Shown one piece after another: positions 1 to 9,208 of a DNA stretch of 64,000 bases (positions within the stretch are counted from its first letter, which is position 1; the number at the start of each line of letters is the position of its first letter). Origin of the DNA: a virus; the IMG/VR virus record IMGVR_UViG_3300033571_011534, positions 11,732-75,731 of that record. One strand, written 5' to 3'. Under the pieces are notes generated by a model. It had not been told where the DNA came from and did not search any database. It saw only the letters and a list, made by a program, of their open reading frames with translations. Made by a program: the position numbers and the translations under genes.

Positions 1-219
1 TTCCATTTTTTTATTAATATCTGAAAATACTGTCTTTGTTTTGAATTCTAAATTTTTACCATACCAAAAATCTGCAAAATCTTCGCCTTTTGCCGTGTCT
101 TCAGAAAACCAATCTTTTTCGCTAAGGCTATTTATAATATTAAAAACTTCGCCAAACTCCTCTTCAGAAAGAAAATTATTAATTTCATAGACACCCTCGT
201 GCAACTTTACAATTTCCAT
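1..219 (-). CDS. Partial (runs off window) probable 2OG-Fe(II) oxygenase, N-terminus
   Basis: ATG at 219; MEIVKLHEGVYEINNFLSEEE resembles the N-termini of neighbouring oxygenases; catalytic motifs lie outside the window. Confidence 0.55.
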   Translation of the reverse strand, partial: MEIVKLHEGVYEINNFLSEEEFGEVFNIINSLSEKDWFSEDTAKGEDFADFWYGKNLEFKTKTVFSDINKKME

Positions 220-223
220 ATCA

Positions 224-892
224 TCACACATACTTACTATTAAAGATATTGCTAATTTCTAGATGGTTTACATTAAAGTGTTTTGGCAAAGAGGAAATCC
301 ATCTAATGGCCTCTGCCACATCCTCTGCGGTCAAAGCGTTGTCTTTTTTCTCAATTTGGGTATCTATTGTTCCTGGGCAGATTTCTGTAACCTTAATGCC
401 GTACTGGGGAAATTCCATTCTCATTGTGTCAACAAGAGCCATCATCCCCCTTTTCGCATTAGTGTAATTTCCGCCACCCCGAAAAGGAACCTTTCCAGAA
501 AGAGATGATACAAAAACAATTGACGGAGACTCTGACCTTTGTAAACACGGCACGAATAGCTGAGAAAGATACATTGGTCCAGAAACGTTTATGTCATATG
601 CCATTCTAAAATTATCCATTGTTTCATTAATAATGCTGGTTGGGCTTGCTCCTCCGCCTGCATTATTTACCAGCAAATCTAGAGAAATATCCTTGTACTT
701 GTCAAAGAAGCCTTTTATCTGATCTTTTTGTGTAATGTCTAGTCGATAAAGTTCTAGGTTATCAGAACTTATTTTAGATAATTCGGACAGGTTTCTTGAT
801 ACAGCTATTACCCTATACCCAGAATTTAGCAAAAGCTTTACAGTGGCATAGCCGACGCCCTTGCTAGACCCAGTCACGATTGCCGTTTTCAT
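224..892 (-). CDS. Short-chain dehydrogenase/reductase (SDR)
   Basis: TGSSKGVG Rossmann motif, NNAG, YTNAK catalytic YxxxK, PG motif. Confidence 0.92.
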   Translation of the reverse strand: MKTAIVTGSSKGVGYATVKLLLNSGYRVIAVSRNLSELSKISSDNLELYRLDITQKDQIKGFFDKYKDISLDLLVNNAGGGASPTSIINETMDNFRMAYDINVSGPMYLSQLFVPCLQRSESPSIVFVSSLSGKVPFRGGGNYTNAKRGMMALVDTMRMEFPQYGIKVTEICPGTIDTQIEKKDNALTAEDVAEAIRWISSLPKHFNVNHLEISNIFNSKYV

Positions 893-1743
893 TATCCCAA
901 AGATTCTATTTCTTTTTCATAATAAGACTCAAAGTCTTGCCAAAACGGGACGCCATTAATTATGTCAATGTTGTCGCTATTTCTATTATATCTAAGCCTT
1001 TCGTCTTCCATCTGCTTCCAGATGTCCTCTCCATACTTTTCTTGCAACCTTTTCCAAAGTGGGTGGCCAGGGTAGTCGTATCTCCAGTATGTTCTAATAA
1101 TATACTTTTCTCCCTCAGAGACTATTTTGACTCCATGATAATGTGGGTGGCCAGAATTAAAAATAACTAAATCTCCAGCCTGGGGCTTATAGTTATATTC
1201 TTCTTTAATTACAGAAACATCGTCATTGTCTAAGAATCTAAATAAAACATCTCCACCAGAATAATTATCGTTTAGATAGAAAACTGCGGTTACGGCAAAT
1301 TTATGTCCAGGATTATAGGCAAATTCTCTTTGATAGTCTGTGTGGAAGGCCATTGCATAGTCGCCACCATTGATTTCATTTTGCCTTGGTTCATATTTTG
1401 CAATATTCCATCCACTAAATATCCAGTTATCGATAGATACATTATTTGCCTCGACGTACTCTTTTGTTGCATTGTAAAATACGTCATTTATTTCACTTTC
1501 AAATGGACCGCATGCCCCAAAGTCGTGGTCATAGATATTTTTTGCTTCTTCCCACTGTTCTGGTGTTGGAAAACTATCAAACCTAGTTGTAAAATGTGTA
1601 CCCTCTGCATGCTTTCCAAAAATATACCAGTCTTTCCATTCCACCTTTTTGTCAAGATAGTCCAACGTAGCTTCTGGACTCTTTAATGCGTTTTTAAAGA
1701 CCCAGACTGTGTTGTGGATTTTCTGAATATCAAAATTAGACAC
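892..1743 (-). CDS. 2OG-Fe(II) oxygenase, prolyl 4-hydroxylase-like
   Basis: HTD, YLNDNYSGG, HGV and KY motifs of the DSBH fold. Confidence 0.88.
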   Translation of the reverse strand: MSNFDIQKIHNTVWVFKNALKSPEATLDYLDKKVEWKDWYIFGKHAEGTHFTTRFDSFPTPEQWEEAKNIYDHDFGACGPFESEINDVFYNATKEYVEANNVSIDNWIFSGWNIAKYEPRQNEINGGDYAMAFHTDYQREFAYNPGHKFAVTAVFYLNDNYSGGDVLFRFLDNDDVSVIKEEYNYKPQAGDLVIFNSGHPHYHGVKIVSEGEKYIIRTYWRYDYPGHPLWKRLQEKYGEDIWKQMEDERLRYNRNSDNIDIINGVPFWQDFESYYEKEIESLG

Positions 1744-2437
1744 TGCAGCCTCCGTGTAGGTTCATATCATTATGAATCCAGTGGCTTGGGACCATATACT
1801 TTACCCCAGACTTTACTGTGTGGGCAATGTGATAGTACGGAGCGGATGATGGGAATATGATAATACTTCCAGCACTTGGCTTAACGCCAAAATCGATTTC
1901 GTTATTCTCAACAGCAACAGAGTAATCCAAATCTGGGCTAACAACCTTGCTGTGGTCCTCGTAATCAGAAAGCTTAAAGGATATTTCTCCGCCATCACAG
2001 TCATCATTCAAATACATTACCAAAGAGTACCTGAGGGTTTTGTCTCCATCTAGCTGGTCATAGTGTGCCCCCATTGCAGCGCCAGTATTGTATTTTTTAA
2101 TATTAAAGACTGGGAATAGCCTTGGCTCATCGCTATCGCCAACTGCTGCGGCATAGTCTTTACAAACGTTGTACAGCGACTTCATGATGTTGATGTAAAT
2201 AAATTCAGACTTACTTCTGTATGGCTCTTCCATATGCTTAATCTGATTAAGATCAAACGACTGAGTCTCTCCATATATAAAAGTCTTGTCGTTTGAAGCT
2301 GTCCAGTCTTGCCATAGCGGCTTTCCAGCGGATGCTCCGATTTCGTCTAGTTCCCTAATGGCGTCCATAACCTCTTTAAAGTTTTCGACGGCATCCTCGT
2401 AGTAGTAAACCTTTTCGTGTAATACCTGCTTTTTCAT
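1736..2437 (-). CDS. 2OG-Fe(II) oxygenase, prolyl 4-hydroxylase-like
   Basis: HYD, YLNDDCDGGE, FPS..HIA..V.SG.KY; start placed at MKKQ, abutting the upstream stop. Confidence 0.88.
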   Translation of the reverse strand: MKKQVLHEKVYYYEDAVENFKEVMDAIRELDEIGASAGKPLWQDWTASNDKTFIYGETQSFDLNQIKHMEEPYRSKSEFIYINIMKSLYNVCKDYAAAVGDSDEPRLFPVFNIKKYNTGAAMGAHYDQLDGDKTLRYSLVMYLNDDCDGGEISFKLSDYEDHSKVVSPDLDYSVAVENNEIDFGVKPSAGSIIIFPSSAPYYHIAHTVKSGVKYMVPSHWIHNDMNLHGGCSV

Positions 2438-2438
2438 A

Positions 2439-3098
2439 TTAGTACCTATTCCTTTGATAATGTCCAACTTCTTTTATAAAGCCCACAAGGACATATCTGA
2501 TTGGGCCTTCTGAAACAAATTCTACTCCATGCTCATACTTTTCATTGCCTGGAAAAATCAACAAGCACTTTGGCTTTGGCCTTAGCTTTAAGCCTAAATT
2601 TTTAAAAAGTAACTCTCCATCTTTATAGTCATCATTGATATATGTAATAGCTGCATACCTAATAGATGGGTCTGTGTGCTGATCAGTATGAGACTTTAGC
2701 TCAACCCCTGGTTGCATTCTTTGAATTGTTGCAAGCCCACTGAGCTCTAGAGAGCTATCTGCCTCTCTGACCATGGAAGCAAGCCTTTCATAAAAAACCC
2801 TATATTCTGGATATTTACTTATATTAAGATTTTTGTCTGTCCAGTTTTGAGTGATCTCGAACTTGCCCTCAGCCACAAGGTTATCTACGTCATCTCTTCC
2901 AAACTTTTCTATGCAAAAATTTTTTAAATTTGACATGTACTCAATTTCCCAGTCAGGTTGAGATGCCTCGTTAATTCTGTCTTGCAGAAAGCTTAAGTCT
3001 TCGTCTGTTAGGAAATTGTCAATAGATAGTAGCTCATCAGTTAGCTCTTCAAACGCAATGCCCCTATCTTTTAAAACTTCCTTTAACGACTCAATCAT
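2439..3098 (-). CDS. 2OG-Fe(II) oxygenase
   Basis: HTD, YINDDYKDGEL, HGV, RY; paralog of 39880..40548. Confidence 0.88.
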   Translation of the reverse strand: MIESLKEVLKDRGIAFEELTDELLSIDNFLTDEDLSFLQDRINEASQPDWEIEYMSNLKNFCIEKFGRDDVDNLVAEGKFEITQNWTDKNLNISKYPEYRVFYERLASMVREADSSLELSGLATIQRMQPGVELKSHTDQHTDPSIRYAAITYINDDYKDGELLFKNLGLKLRPKPKCLLIFPGNEKYEHGVEFVSEGPIRYVLVGFIKEVGHYQRNRY

Positions 3099-3099
3099 C

Positions 3100-3846
3100 T
3101 TACAGGTCTTCTACCTTATACTTGTTTCCATTTATGTCTATCTTGTAGCCTTCTTTTAGCAGATCTTGCCACTCTTTTCTTTCTAGCTCTTGACCGTCTC
3201 TAATCTTCTTCATTTCTTCCGCCCAGGCGTCTCTCAGCTCTTGAGGGTATGCGTCTTCTTCACGATCATCCCAAAAAGATCCGATTGTGTATCTAACGCC
3301 TGACTCAATTAGGGTAACCTCGTGCATATTATTAAATCCGCCATCAAATGCCGCAAGCATTCCAACCTTTGGCTTAATCTCTATATCTTGTGATGGGAAC
3401 TTTAGAAGACCTCCCCCAAAGTCATCATTTAAGTAAAGAAACGCAGCATATCGGCTTCTAGTAAATGGTCCAGAGTTGCCATGCTCATCTGTATTGTCGG
3501 AGTGGACTCTTGCATATGCTCCTGGCTCCCACTTTTGTGTATGGTATCCGATCTGAACGACTGTTTTTGGATCTAGGTCGTGTACGGATGCAACTGCCTC
3601 AATAATGCCCTGCTTAATTTTTGAAAAAATGTCAGAGTCAAGACCCTCATCTAGGATCTCTTGATCGCCATCCTGCGGTAAAACAGAGGAATAGGACTCG
3701 TAAAAAGATATTGGCATCCACGTAATTTTTCCAGTTTCTGCAACCTTATCTAGGACTTTTATGATTTTTTGAGATTCTTCTGGGGTTAAAAAGTTCTCAT
3801 AAAGGACTATATCCTTAGTAATCCTGTTTTTGTTATTTAAATTCAT
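3100..3846 (-). CDS. 2OG-Fe(II) oxygenase
   Basis: HSD, YLNDDFGGG, HEV..IESGVRY. Confidence 0.9.
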   Translation of the reverse strand: MNLNNKNRITKDIVLYENFLTPEESQKIIKVLDKVAETGKITWMPISFYESYSSVLPQDGDQEILDEGLDSDIFSKIKQGIIEAVASVHDLDPKTVVQIGYHTQKWEPGAYARVHSDNTDEHGNSGPFTRSRYAAFLYLNDDFGGGLLKFPSQDIEIKPKVGMLAAFDGGFNNMHEVTLIESGVRYTIGSFWDDREEDAYPQELRDAWAEEMKKIRDGQELERKEWQDLLKEGYKIDINGNKYKVEDL

Positions 3847-3898
3847 TGCAAGGCACTCCTTTTAAATATATTATAGCAGATAGTAAAAGTGGCCAGCA

Positions 3899-4624
3899 TT
3901 AAGCAAAGTTCCAGAGCGACCACTTAGATCTCCAGGAACTGTCCCATTCTTCATACCAGGACTTAGACCAATCTTCCATTTTTTGACTTCTCCAGGCTTC
4001 TCTTTCTTCAGAATACTTGGAATCAGAAAAGTCCCAGAATGAAATTATTGTATATCTGAGTCCAGACGTGATTTCCCTTACTCCGTGGATGTTTTCCTTT
4101 CCTCCAGGAAAAAGAACTAGCGACCCAGCCTTTGGCCTAACGTCCATTTCGTGCTCAGGAAAAAACACCTCTCCACCAGAATACTGATCATTTAGATAAA
4201 TAATCGCTGCGTACTTATTTATTTCAAAATGGTTAGAGTCTCCATTTTCATCTGTATTGTCGGAGTGGACATGACCAAGACCTCCAGTTTGAAATTTTTG
4301 GGCATGAATAGTGTTAAGGGAAACGTCCTTAGAGAAAAAGAAAGATACGTGATTATTTATTTTTTCAACAATGTCATATACAGTAGATTTAGAAAGATTA
4401 AACAATTCAAGATCTACGTCTGGCTCTGGGAAGTGTCCTAGTCGATATTTATAAGAAGCAACATGCCCCCAATTTTCTGGTTTGCTTTCTATATACTTAA
4501 TTATGTTTTTGCAAGCCTCATCGTCTAAAAAATCCAGAACTTCTATTATTTTATTTTGACTGATTCCAGGAGTTCCATTATTATTCAAAGAGTCTAAATG
4601 GACAACAATTTTGGGGTCCATCAT
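3899..4624 (-). CDS. 2OG-Fe(II) oxygenase
   Basis: HSD, YLNDQYSGGEV, HGV.EITSG.RY; close paralog of 3100..3846. Confidence 0.9.
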   Translation of the reverse strand: MMDPKIVVHLDSLNNNGTPGISQNKIIEVLDFLDDEACKNIIKYIESKPENWGHVASYKYRLGHFPEPDVDLELFNLSKSTVYDIVEKINNHVSFFFSKDVSLNTIHAQKFQTGGLGHVHSDNTDENGDSNHFEINKYAAIIYLNDQYSGGEVFFPEHEMDVRPKAGSLVLFPGGKENIHGVREITSGLRYTIISFWDFSDSKYSEEREAWRSQKMEDWSKSWYEEWDSSWRSKWSLWNFA

Positions 4625-4629
4625 TTTTA

Positions 4630-5304
4630 TTACTCAGAAGTTTTTTCTTTATGAGACAGGATTGTCCAAAAGAACGGTACTGTATACCTGATACCAGAGA
4701 TAATTTCTGAAACTCCATGAATGTAGTTCATGTCTCCAGGGAAGAAGTAAGCAGCGCCCCTCTTAGGCTTAAATTGAATGTTCTGGTTTGGAAAGTACAA
4801 CTCGCCACCTTCATAATCATCGTTAATGTAGAAAAGGCCAGCAATGTCGTAATATGGGAAATCATTTGGCTTACCAGCGTCTGGTCCTGTGTGAAGCTCT
4901 TTGTCTGCGTGTGGCATCTGTAGCTGCCCTGGAAGCCATCTAACCATTGCTGGGCTAGTTGGGAGGGCGTCTACGCCAAAGAACTTATCTACCTCTATCT
5001 TCAATCTTGCAACCATTCCCTCAATAATTTCTGGAATTTCTTGATTTGTTTTATAGATAGTTGGATAGGTCGCTACACGATTAGCCCAGTATCCAGCATC
5101 ATAAATAACGGTTCCGTTTTCGTTGTGATGAGTTTCTGTTTGGTCCCAGTTTTCATTACTTCTAATAAAGTCATTTAGAGCAGTCAGCTCTTCTTCGGTC
5201 ATAAAATTTTCTAGGGCAACAATGTTTTCTGGAGATGAACCAAAAAATCCAGATGGCGTAATTGAAACCCGATCAACAATGTGATTGTTAGTTAAGTCGT
5301 CCAT
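4630..5304 (-). CDS. 2OG-Fe(II) oxygenase
   Basis: HAD, YINDDYEGGEL, HGV.EI.SG.RY. Confidence 0.9.
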   Translation of the reverse strand: MDDLTNNHIVDRVSITPSGFFGSSPENIVALENFMTEEELTALNDFIRSNENWDQTETHHNENGTVIYDAGYWANRVATYPTIYKTNQEIPEIIEGMVARLKIEVDKFFGVDALPTSPAMVRWLPGQLQMPHADKELHTGPDAGKPNDFPYYDIAGLFYINDDYEGGELYFPNQNIQFKPKRGAAYFFPGDMNYIHGVSEIISGIRYTVPFFWTILSHKEKTSE

Positions 5305-5318
5305 TATAACTCTCCTTC

Positions 5319-6044
5319 TTAGTCATACTTTCGTCTTTCCCAAACCTCTTTTAAGTATACACCACCGTTGGGCACCCGATATTTCTTCGAGTTTTCCATG
5401 TTCTTTTTCATAATAGAAAGGCCAGAATCAAGCTCGTACTCAGACTCCCAGTCCTCTCGTTTAAATGGTATCATTTGAGAATATGGTGTTCCAGCTGGAA
5501 TAACCCCAGTCCAGCCTTCTTGTATAAAAAATGGAAAAGTTCCTGGAAGGTGTACCTTATCATTGTCGATGATACCGCTTGTTGTATGAAATGGCAAGTC
5601 ATATCTTCCAAAAGGCTGGGCATACAAGACGCTGTACCCCTTTGGAGTAGCTACGGCCCAGTCTGGGTACCAGGCAAAATGCTTTTTATAGTATCCTCGT
5701 GGATGCTCAAACTGCGGCATAGGATCTCGAAACTGAATAAAATCAGAGTATTTAGGGTCTAATACTTTAGCTGAAATTTCATTTTTGCTATCAAGAAAAA
5801 ACTCGATATCGCAAGGAGTTCTATATACGTAACCAGTAATAAAAATATCATATATGGCTGGGCAGGCTTTCCAGGTTGGAATCTTACCACCATCCATTCC
5901 AATGATGCTTTCTCCATTTTGTCCCTTGTAGAATCTGTCAGCAGAGGTATACCATTCTGGCAAACTTTTTGATACTGGCTCTGGAGCTGATGAGTCTTTT
6001 TCGGACAACCACCCTCTATTAGCTAAAAATTTAATTTTTGGCAT
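5319..6044 (-). CDS. Conserved phage protein, DUF6065-like
   Basis: PEWY, TWKACP, GY..TPCDI, SGIIDND, IPAGTP..Q.IPF motifs; resembles the adjacent gene. Confidence 0.5.
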   Translation of the reverse strand: MPKIKFLANRGWLSEKDSSAPEPVSKSLPEWYTSADRFYKGQNGESIIGMDGGKIPTWKACPAIYDIFITGYVYRTPCDIEFFLDSKNEISAKVLDPKYSDFIQFRDPMPQFEHPRGYYKKHFAWYPDWAVATPKGYSVLYAQPFGRYDLPFHTTSGIIDNDKVHLPGTFPFFIQEGWTGVIPAGTPYSQMIPFKREDWESEYELDSGLSIMKKNMENSKKYRVPNGGVYLKEVWERRKYD

Positions 6045-6750
6045 AATTGGTGACCTTCATGATAATCTTTTTGGATTCGTGATGGCCGATAGGGACTCCG
6101 TTGTGGTCTACAGCATCTCGATAAAAATGAGTCCATTCCCCTTTAGAGTTCTTTTCCTGACTTGCAACTCCACGATCTCTCATTCTTTCCTGCCATTGAA
6201 GGTCCTCGTATTCTGGCCTTCCATTACGAACCTCTAGTTCGTGTTCCTGAATATCAGAAAGGGATATTGGCAAGACAGAAGCTATTGGAGTGTTTGCTGG
6301 TATTGTTATTTCAATATTTGGCTCTGTAATCATCCAAGCAATCGGAAGGTCACCAGCCAAAACAGAAGTACTTATTAGGGTTGTCATACACTGAGCTCCT
6401 CTAATAAACTGATTCGGCACAGGCATTGTCAAAAGACTTAGATTTTCATTGTTTTCTTTTACAAATGTAATGTCTGTGTAAAAGCTAACAGTTCTGTTTC
6501 CACGATTTGGATGAGCATAATTTGAACCAGAAAGAATTTTTACGTGCTCTCCTCTTGAATCATTTATTCCATCCCAAATAAACGTAATATCTTCTGGGTA
6601 CGAAATGCCCCACCCAAGTCTATTTGACAAAGAAACAGGAAAGCACTGATAGGCATGTCTATCAAAAGTAATATCCATCCAGTCACGGTGTAGCGGTAGC
6701 TGATCTATATTAGCGTGATGACCAGAAGTGTAGGCTGTTACCTTGGGCAT
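6031..6750 (-). CDS. DUF6065 family protein
   Basis: RDWMD...HAYQCFP.SLSN.LGW signature recalled for DUF6065. Confidence 0.65.
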   Translation of the reverse strand: MPKVTAYTSGHHANIDQLPLHRDWMDITFDRHAYQCFPVSLSNRLGWGISYPEDITFIWDGINDSRGEHVKILSGSNYAHPNRGNRTVSFYTDITFVKENNENLSLLTMPVPNQFIRGAQCMTTLISTSVLAGDLPIAWMITEPNIEITIPANTPIASVLPISLSDIQEHELEVRNGRPEYEDLQWQERMRDRGVASQEKNSKGEWTHFYRDAVDHNGVPIGHHESKKIIMKVTNYAKN

Positions 6751-7454
6751 CAGGAACCTGTCTCTTGGTAGAACTTTGGATTGTGATATTTATCTGAGTA
6801 ATCCAGCATTGTCACAATAGAATGCTTTATTCCAGACTCTACTGGCAACGATTTGTGAGGATACATGTAGTTAGATGGGAAGATGAAAAGATCTCCTGCC
6901 CTTGGCTTTACCTTTAGCCCCTGTAGTCTAAATTCTAGCTCTCCACCAGTATAGTCATCATTTGGATAGGCAACAAGCGAAACAACACAGTTATAGGAGT
7001 AACCGTTGTCAGAATGCTCTTGGAAGTGTTGTCCTGGACCATATTTTACAAAGTTCATTGCTTCCCAGTAGCGGAGCTCTCCGACGTTGAATCGTCTTGA
7101 GTAATCTTTTACTGCTGCGATTTCTCTATCATAAACATCTTGCCACAACTGCTGAAGCTTTTGAGATGCTGGAGATTGGTCATGCATAATATCTGTTTTC
7201 TTGTACTTAAAATCCCAGCAGTCACGGTATTCTGGCATCTTGGTACCGTAGCCCACCATAGCTTCCATGTAGTTGTAGTAGTTTGTATTATCGTCCAAAA
7301 CCTCTTCGAGTCTATTTATGATATCCATATCTGTAGGAAGGACATCGTGGTATACGAATATGCCAGGAGATAGCTCCTCTACAGAAGACCAAGTCTGCTC
7401 TTCGATCTGATAGTATTCCTGAATTCTTCTGCTTAAATCTTCAACTTTTTCCAT
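6750..7454 (-). CDS. 2OG-Fe(II) oxygenase
   Basis: FVKY, HSD, NDDYTGGEL, FPSNYMYPH, SG.K. Confidence 0.9.
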   Translation of the reverse strand: MEKVEDLSRRIQEYYQIEEQTWSSVEELSPGIFVYHDVLPTDMDIINRLEEVLDDNTNYYNYMEAMVGYGTKMPEYRDCWDFKYKKTDIMHDQSPASQKLQQLWQDVYDREIAAVKDYSRRFNVGELRYWEAMNFVKYGPGQHFQEHSDNGYSYNCVVSLVAYPNDDYTGGELEFRLQGLKVKPRAGDLFIFPSNYMYPHKSLPVESGIKHSIVTMLDYSDKYHNPKFYQETGS

Positions 7455-7464
7455 TTTTCACCAA

Positions 7465-8220
7465 TCAGTATGTTATCTTTGTCGAGTCCTCTTGCCTATA
7501 TGGGAAATATCTTAGATTTCCACGATCATTGTAGTCTGTCATAACAACCACAGAGTACTTTGTACCGCTTTTCATTGGCAATGAGGCGTGTTCATATATA
7601 TATGTAGATGGGAAAACAGCAATATCTCCAGGCTTTGGCTTAATAGTTAAATCAAACCTTGGGAAGTAAAGCTCTCCACCCTCATAATCATCGTTTAGGT
7701 ATGCAACAACAGAGACTGTAGTCACATATGCGGGACCATGGTCTGCATGAATATTAAAATGCTTCCCCTCTCCCTCATACTTTACAAAATTAAATGCTTC
7801 GTAGTATGATATTCCTACTCCCCAATAGTGTCCATAATCCTGGACATTTGGGTGAATAGCCTGAAATGCCTTTTCGTGCATATCATATAGTTCTGAGTTT
7901 TCTGGATTTCTTGGGCCGTAGGAAGTACTATTAATTTTAAAGTCTACACAATCTCTTGCATCTGATAAAACAGCATCAGACTCTGTTACCATGGCTCCGT
8001 GCCACTTATAGACATCACTTGTGCTATTCGTAAGCTTTGACTCTAGGGTATTTATAATGCTCTTACAGTCGTTAAAAGAAATAGCATTATTGTAAATATT
8101 AATTCCAAGTGCTGGATTTGATACTAAAATACCGCCACCTGTTGTTCTGTCTGGCATTCTGTTGCTATAAGTTTCGGATCTATCTTTAGTTAGCCAAGGA
8201 TTTTCATATTGTTGTTCCAT
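7465..8220 (-). CDS. 2OG-Fe(II) oxygenase
   Basis: FVKY, HAD, YLNDDYEGGEL, FPSTYIYEH, SGTKY; leaderless after TGATATAAT (8227-8235, minus). Confidence 0.9.
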   Translation of the reverse strand: MEQQYENPWLTKDRSETYSNRMPDRTTGGGILVSNPALGINIYNNAISFNDCKSIINTLESKLTNSTSDVYKWHGAMVTESDAVLSDARDCVDFKINSTSYGPRNPENSELYDMHEKAFQAIHPNVQDYGHYWGVGISYYEAFNFVKYEGEGKHFNIHADHGPAYVTTVSVVAYLNDDYEGGELYFPRFDLTIKPKPGDIAVFPSTYIYEHASLPMKSGTKYSVVVMTDYNDRGNLRYFPYRQEDSTKITY

Positions 8221-8244
8221 GCAGCAATTATATCACAGTGGCCA

Positions 8245-8289
8245 AAACAGAAAAACTGCAAGTTATTTCTAACCTGCAGCTTTCTGTTT
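8245..8289 (-). terminator. Hairpin/intrinsic terminator after the FN3-PPFF gene
   Basis: Imperfect inverted repeat aaacagaaa..ctgca / tgcag..tttctgttt; T-run on minus strand. Confidence 0.6.
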
Positions 8290-8299
8290 ATACGCTAAC

Positions 8300-9112
8300 C
8301 TAGCAGCGGGGTGGACATCCACCAAACCTTGGGAAGAATGGACCGAATCTAGGGAAGAATGGCGGGAAGAATGGTGGGAAGAATGGGAAGAACGGTGGGA
8401 AGAACGGCGGGAAGAACGGTGGGAAGAATGGTGGGAAGAATGGGAACCATGGTGGGAAAAATGGTGGGAAGAACGGGAACCATGGTGGGAAGAATGGGGG
8501 GAAGAACGGTGGAGTAGTAGTAATGTCTCCAGAATATGGAGACCACTCTCCTAGGCCATTTGCATTTTGAGCACGTACACGATATGCCTGAGTAGTAGAA
8601 CCCTCTTGAGCAACGGTAACAGAAGTGCTTGTAGTGGACCCACTCTTGCTATCTGTACTTTCCCAAGAATAAGAAGTAATAGTACTTCCTCCGTTATTTG
8701 GGATATTCCAGCTTACAATATCCTCATTAACTTGTGGGCTAGCTGAAGGAGCATTAGGCGCTGCTGGAACTGTGGTTGCTGTAACACTTACAGATGAAGA
8801 TGGCTGAGAAGTTCCAGCATTATTAGATGCAGTTACTGTAACAGAGTAGCTAACATTAGAGGCAAGACCCTCTACGGAAATTGGAGAAGAAGATCCTGTG
8901 CCAGTTCTAGTGGTCTGGCCAGATGCTGTAGCAGTTACAGTATAAGAGTTGGCAGCTGGAGAATCATCTGGCAAAGAGAACGACACAGTTGCTGCGCCGT
9001 TATTAAAAGCTCTTGATGTCCCTACGTTTTGTGCTGATACATTGATCGGAGCCTTAGGCTCTAAAAAGTCATTCTGCTGTGACGACCTTCCGCCAACTTC
9101 TTTCTTTGCCAT
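8300..9112 (-). CDS. Two fibronectin type III domains plus C-terminal (PPFF)n repeat tail; probable virion-surface protein
   Basis: FN3 signatures (GLASNVSYSVTVTASNNAG; VSW..P.NGGS.IT.Y...YRVRAQNANG.GEWS); 70-aa Pro/Phe tail ending GCPPRC. Confidence 0.8.
   Translation of the reverse strand: MAKKEVGGRSSQQNDFLEPKAPINVSAQNVGTSRAFNNGAATVSFSLPDDSPAANSYTVTATASGQTTRTGTGSSSPISVEGLASNVSYSVTVTASNNAGTSQPSSSVSVTATTVPAAPNAPSASPQVNEDIVSWNIPNNGGSTITSYSWESTDSKSGSTTSTSVTVAQEGSTTQAYRVRAQNANGLGEWSPYSGDITTTPPFFPPFFPPWFPFFPPFFPPWFPFFPPFFPPFFPPFFPPFFPFFPPFFPPFFPRFGPFFPRFGGCPPRC
8303..8512 (-). repeat. Coding tandem repeat, ~12-bp unit encoding PPFF/PPWF/PFF/PRFG
   Basis: Plus-strand gggaagaa(t/c)gg(t/c) repeated, with synonymous variation. 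Confidence 0.95.
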
Positions 9113-9161
9113 GTAGGTTCTCCTTCTTTAAAGACTCTTTAATTATAACGTATTTTTTAAA

Positions 9162-9197
9162 ATCCCATATTTAGGTGTTTGCCATTAAATATGGGAT
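9162..9197 (-). terminator. Intrinsic terminator-like hairpin
   Basis: Perfect 12-bp inverted repeat atcccatattta / taaatatgggat downstream of 9209..11605. Confidence 0.7.
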
Positions 9198-9208
9198 CTT
9201 AATTGTTT

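Noticed and set aside
8303-8512. Tandem repeat as CRISPR array; alternative-frame ORF 8349..8546 (PTIL repeats)
   Set aside because: No unique spacers; the repeat is in frame with the FN3 gene and varies at its third codon positions, so the other frame is a shadow.
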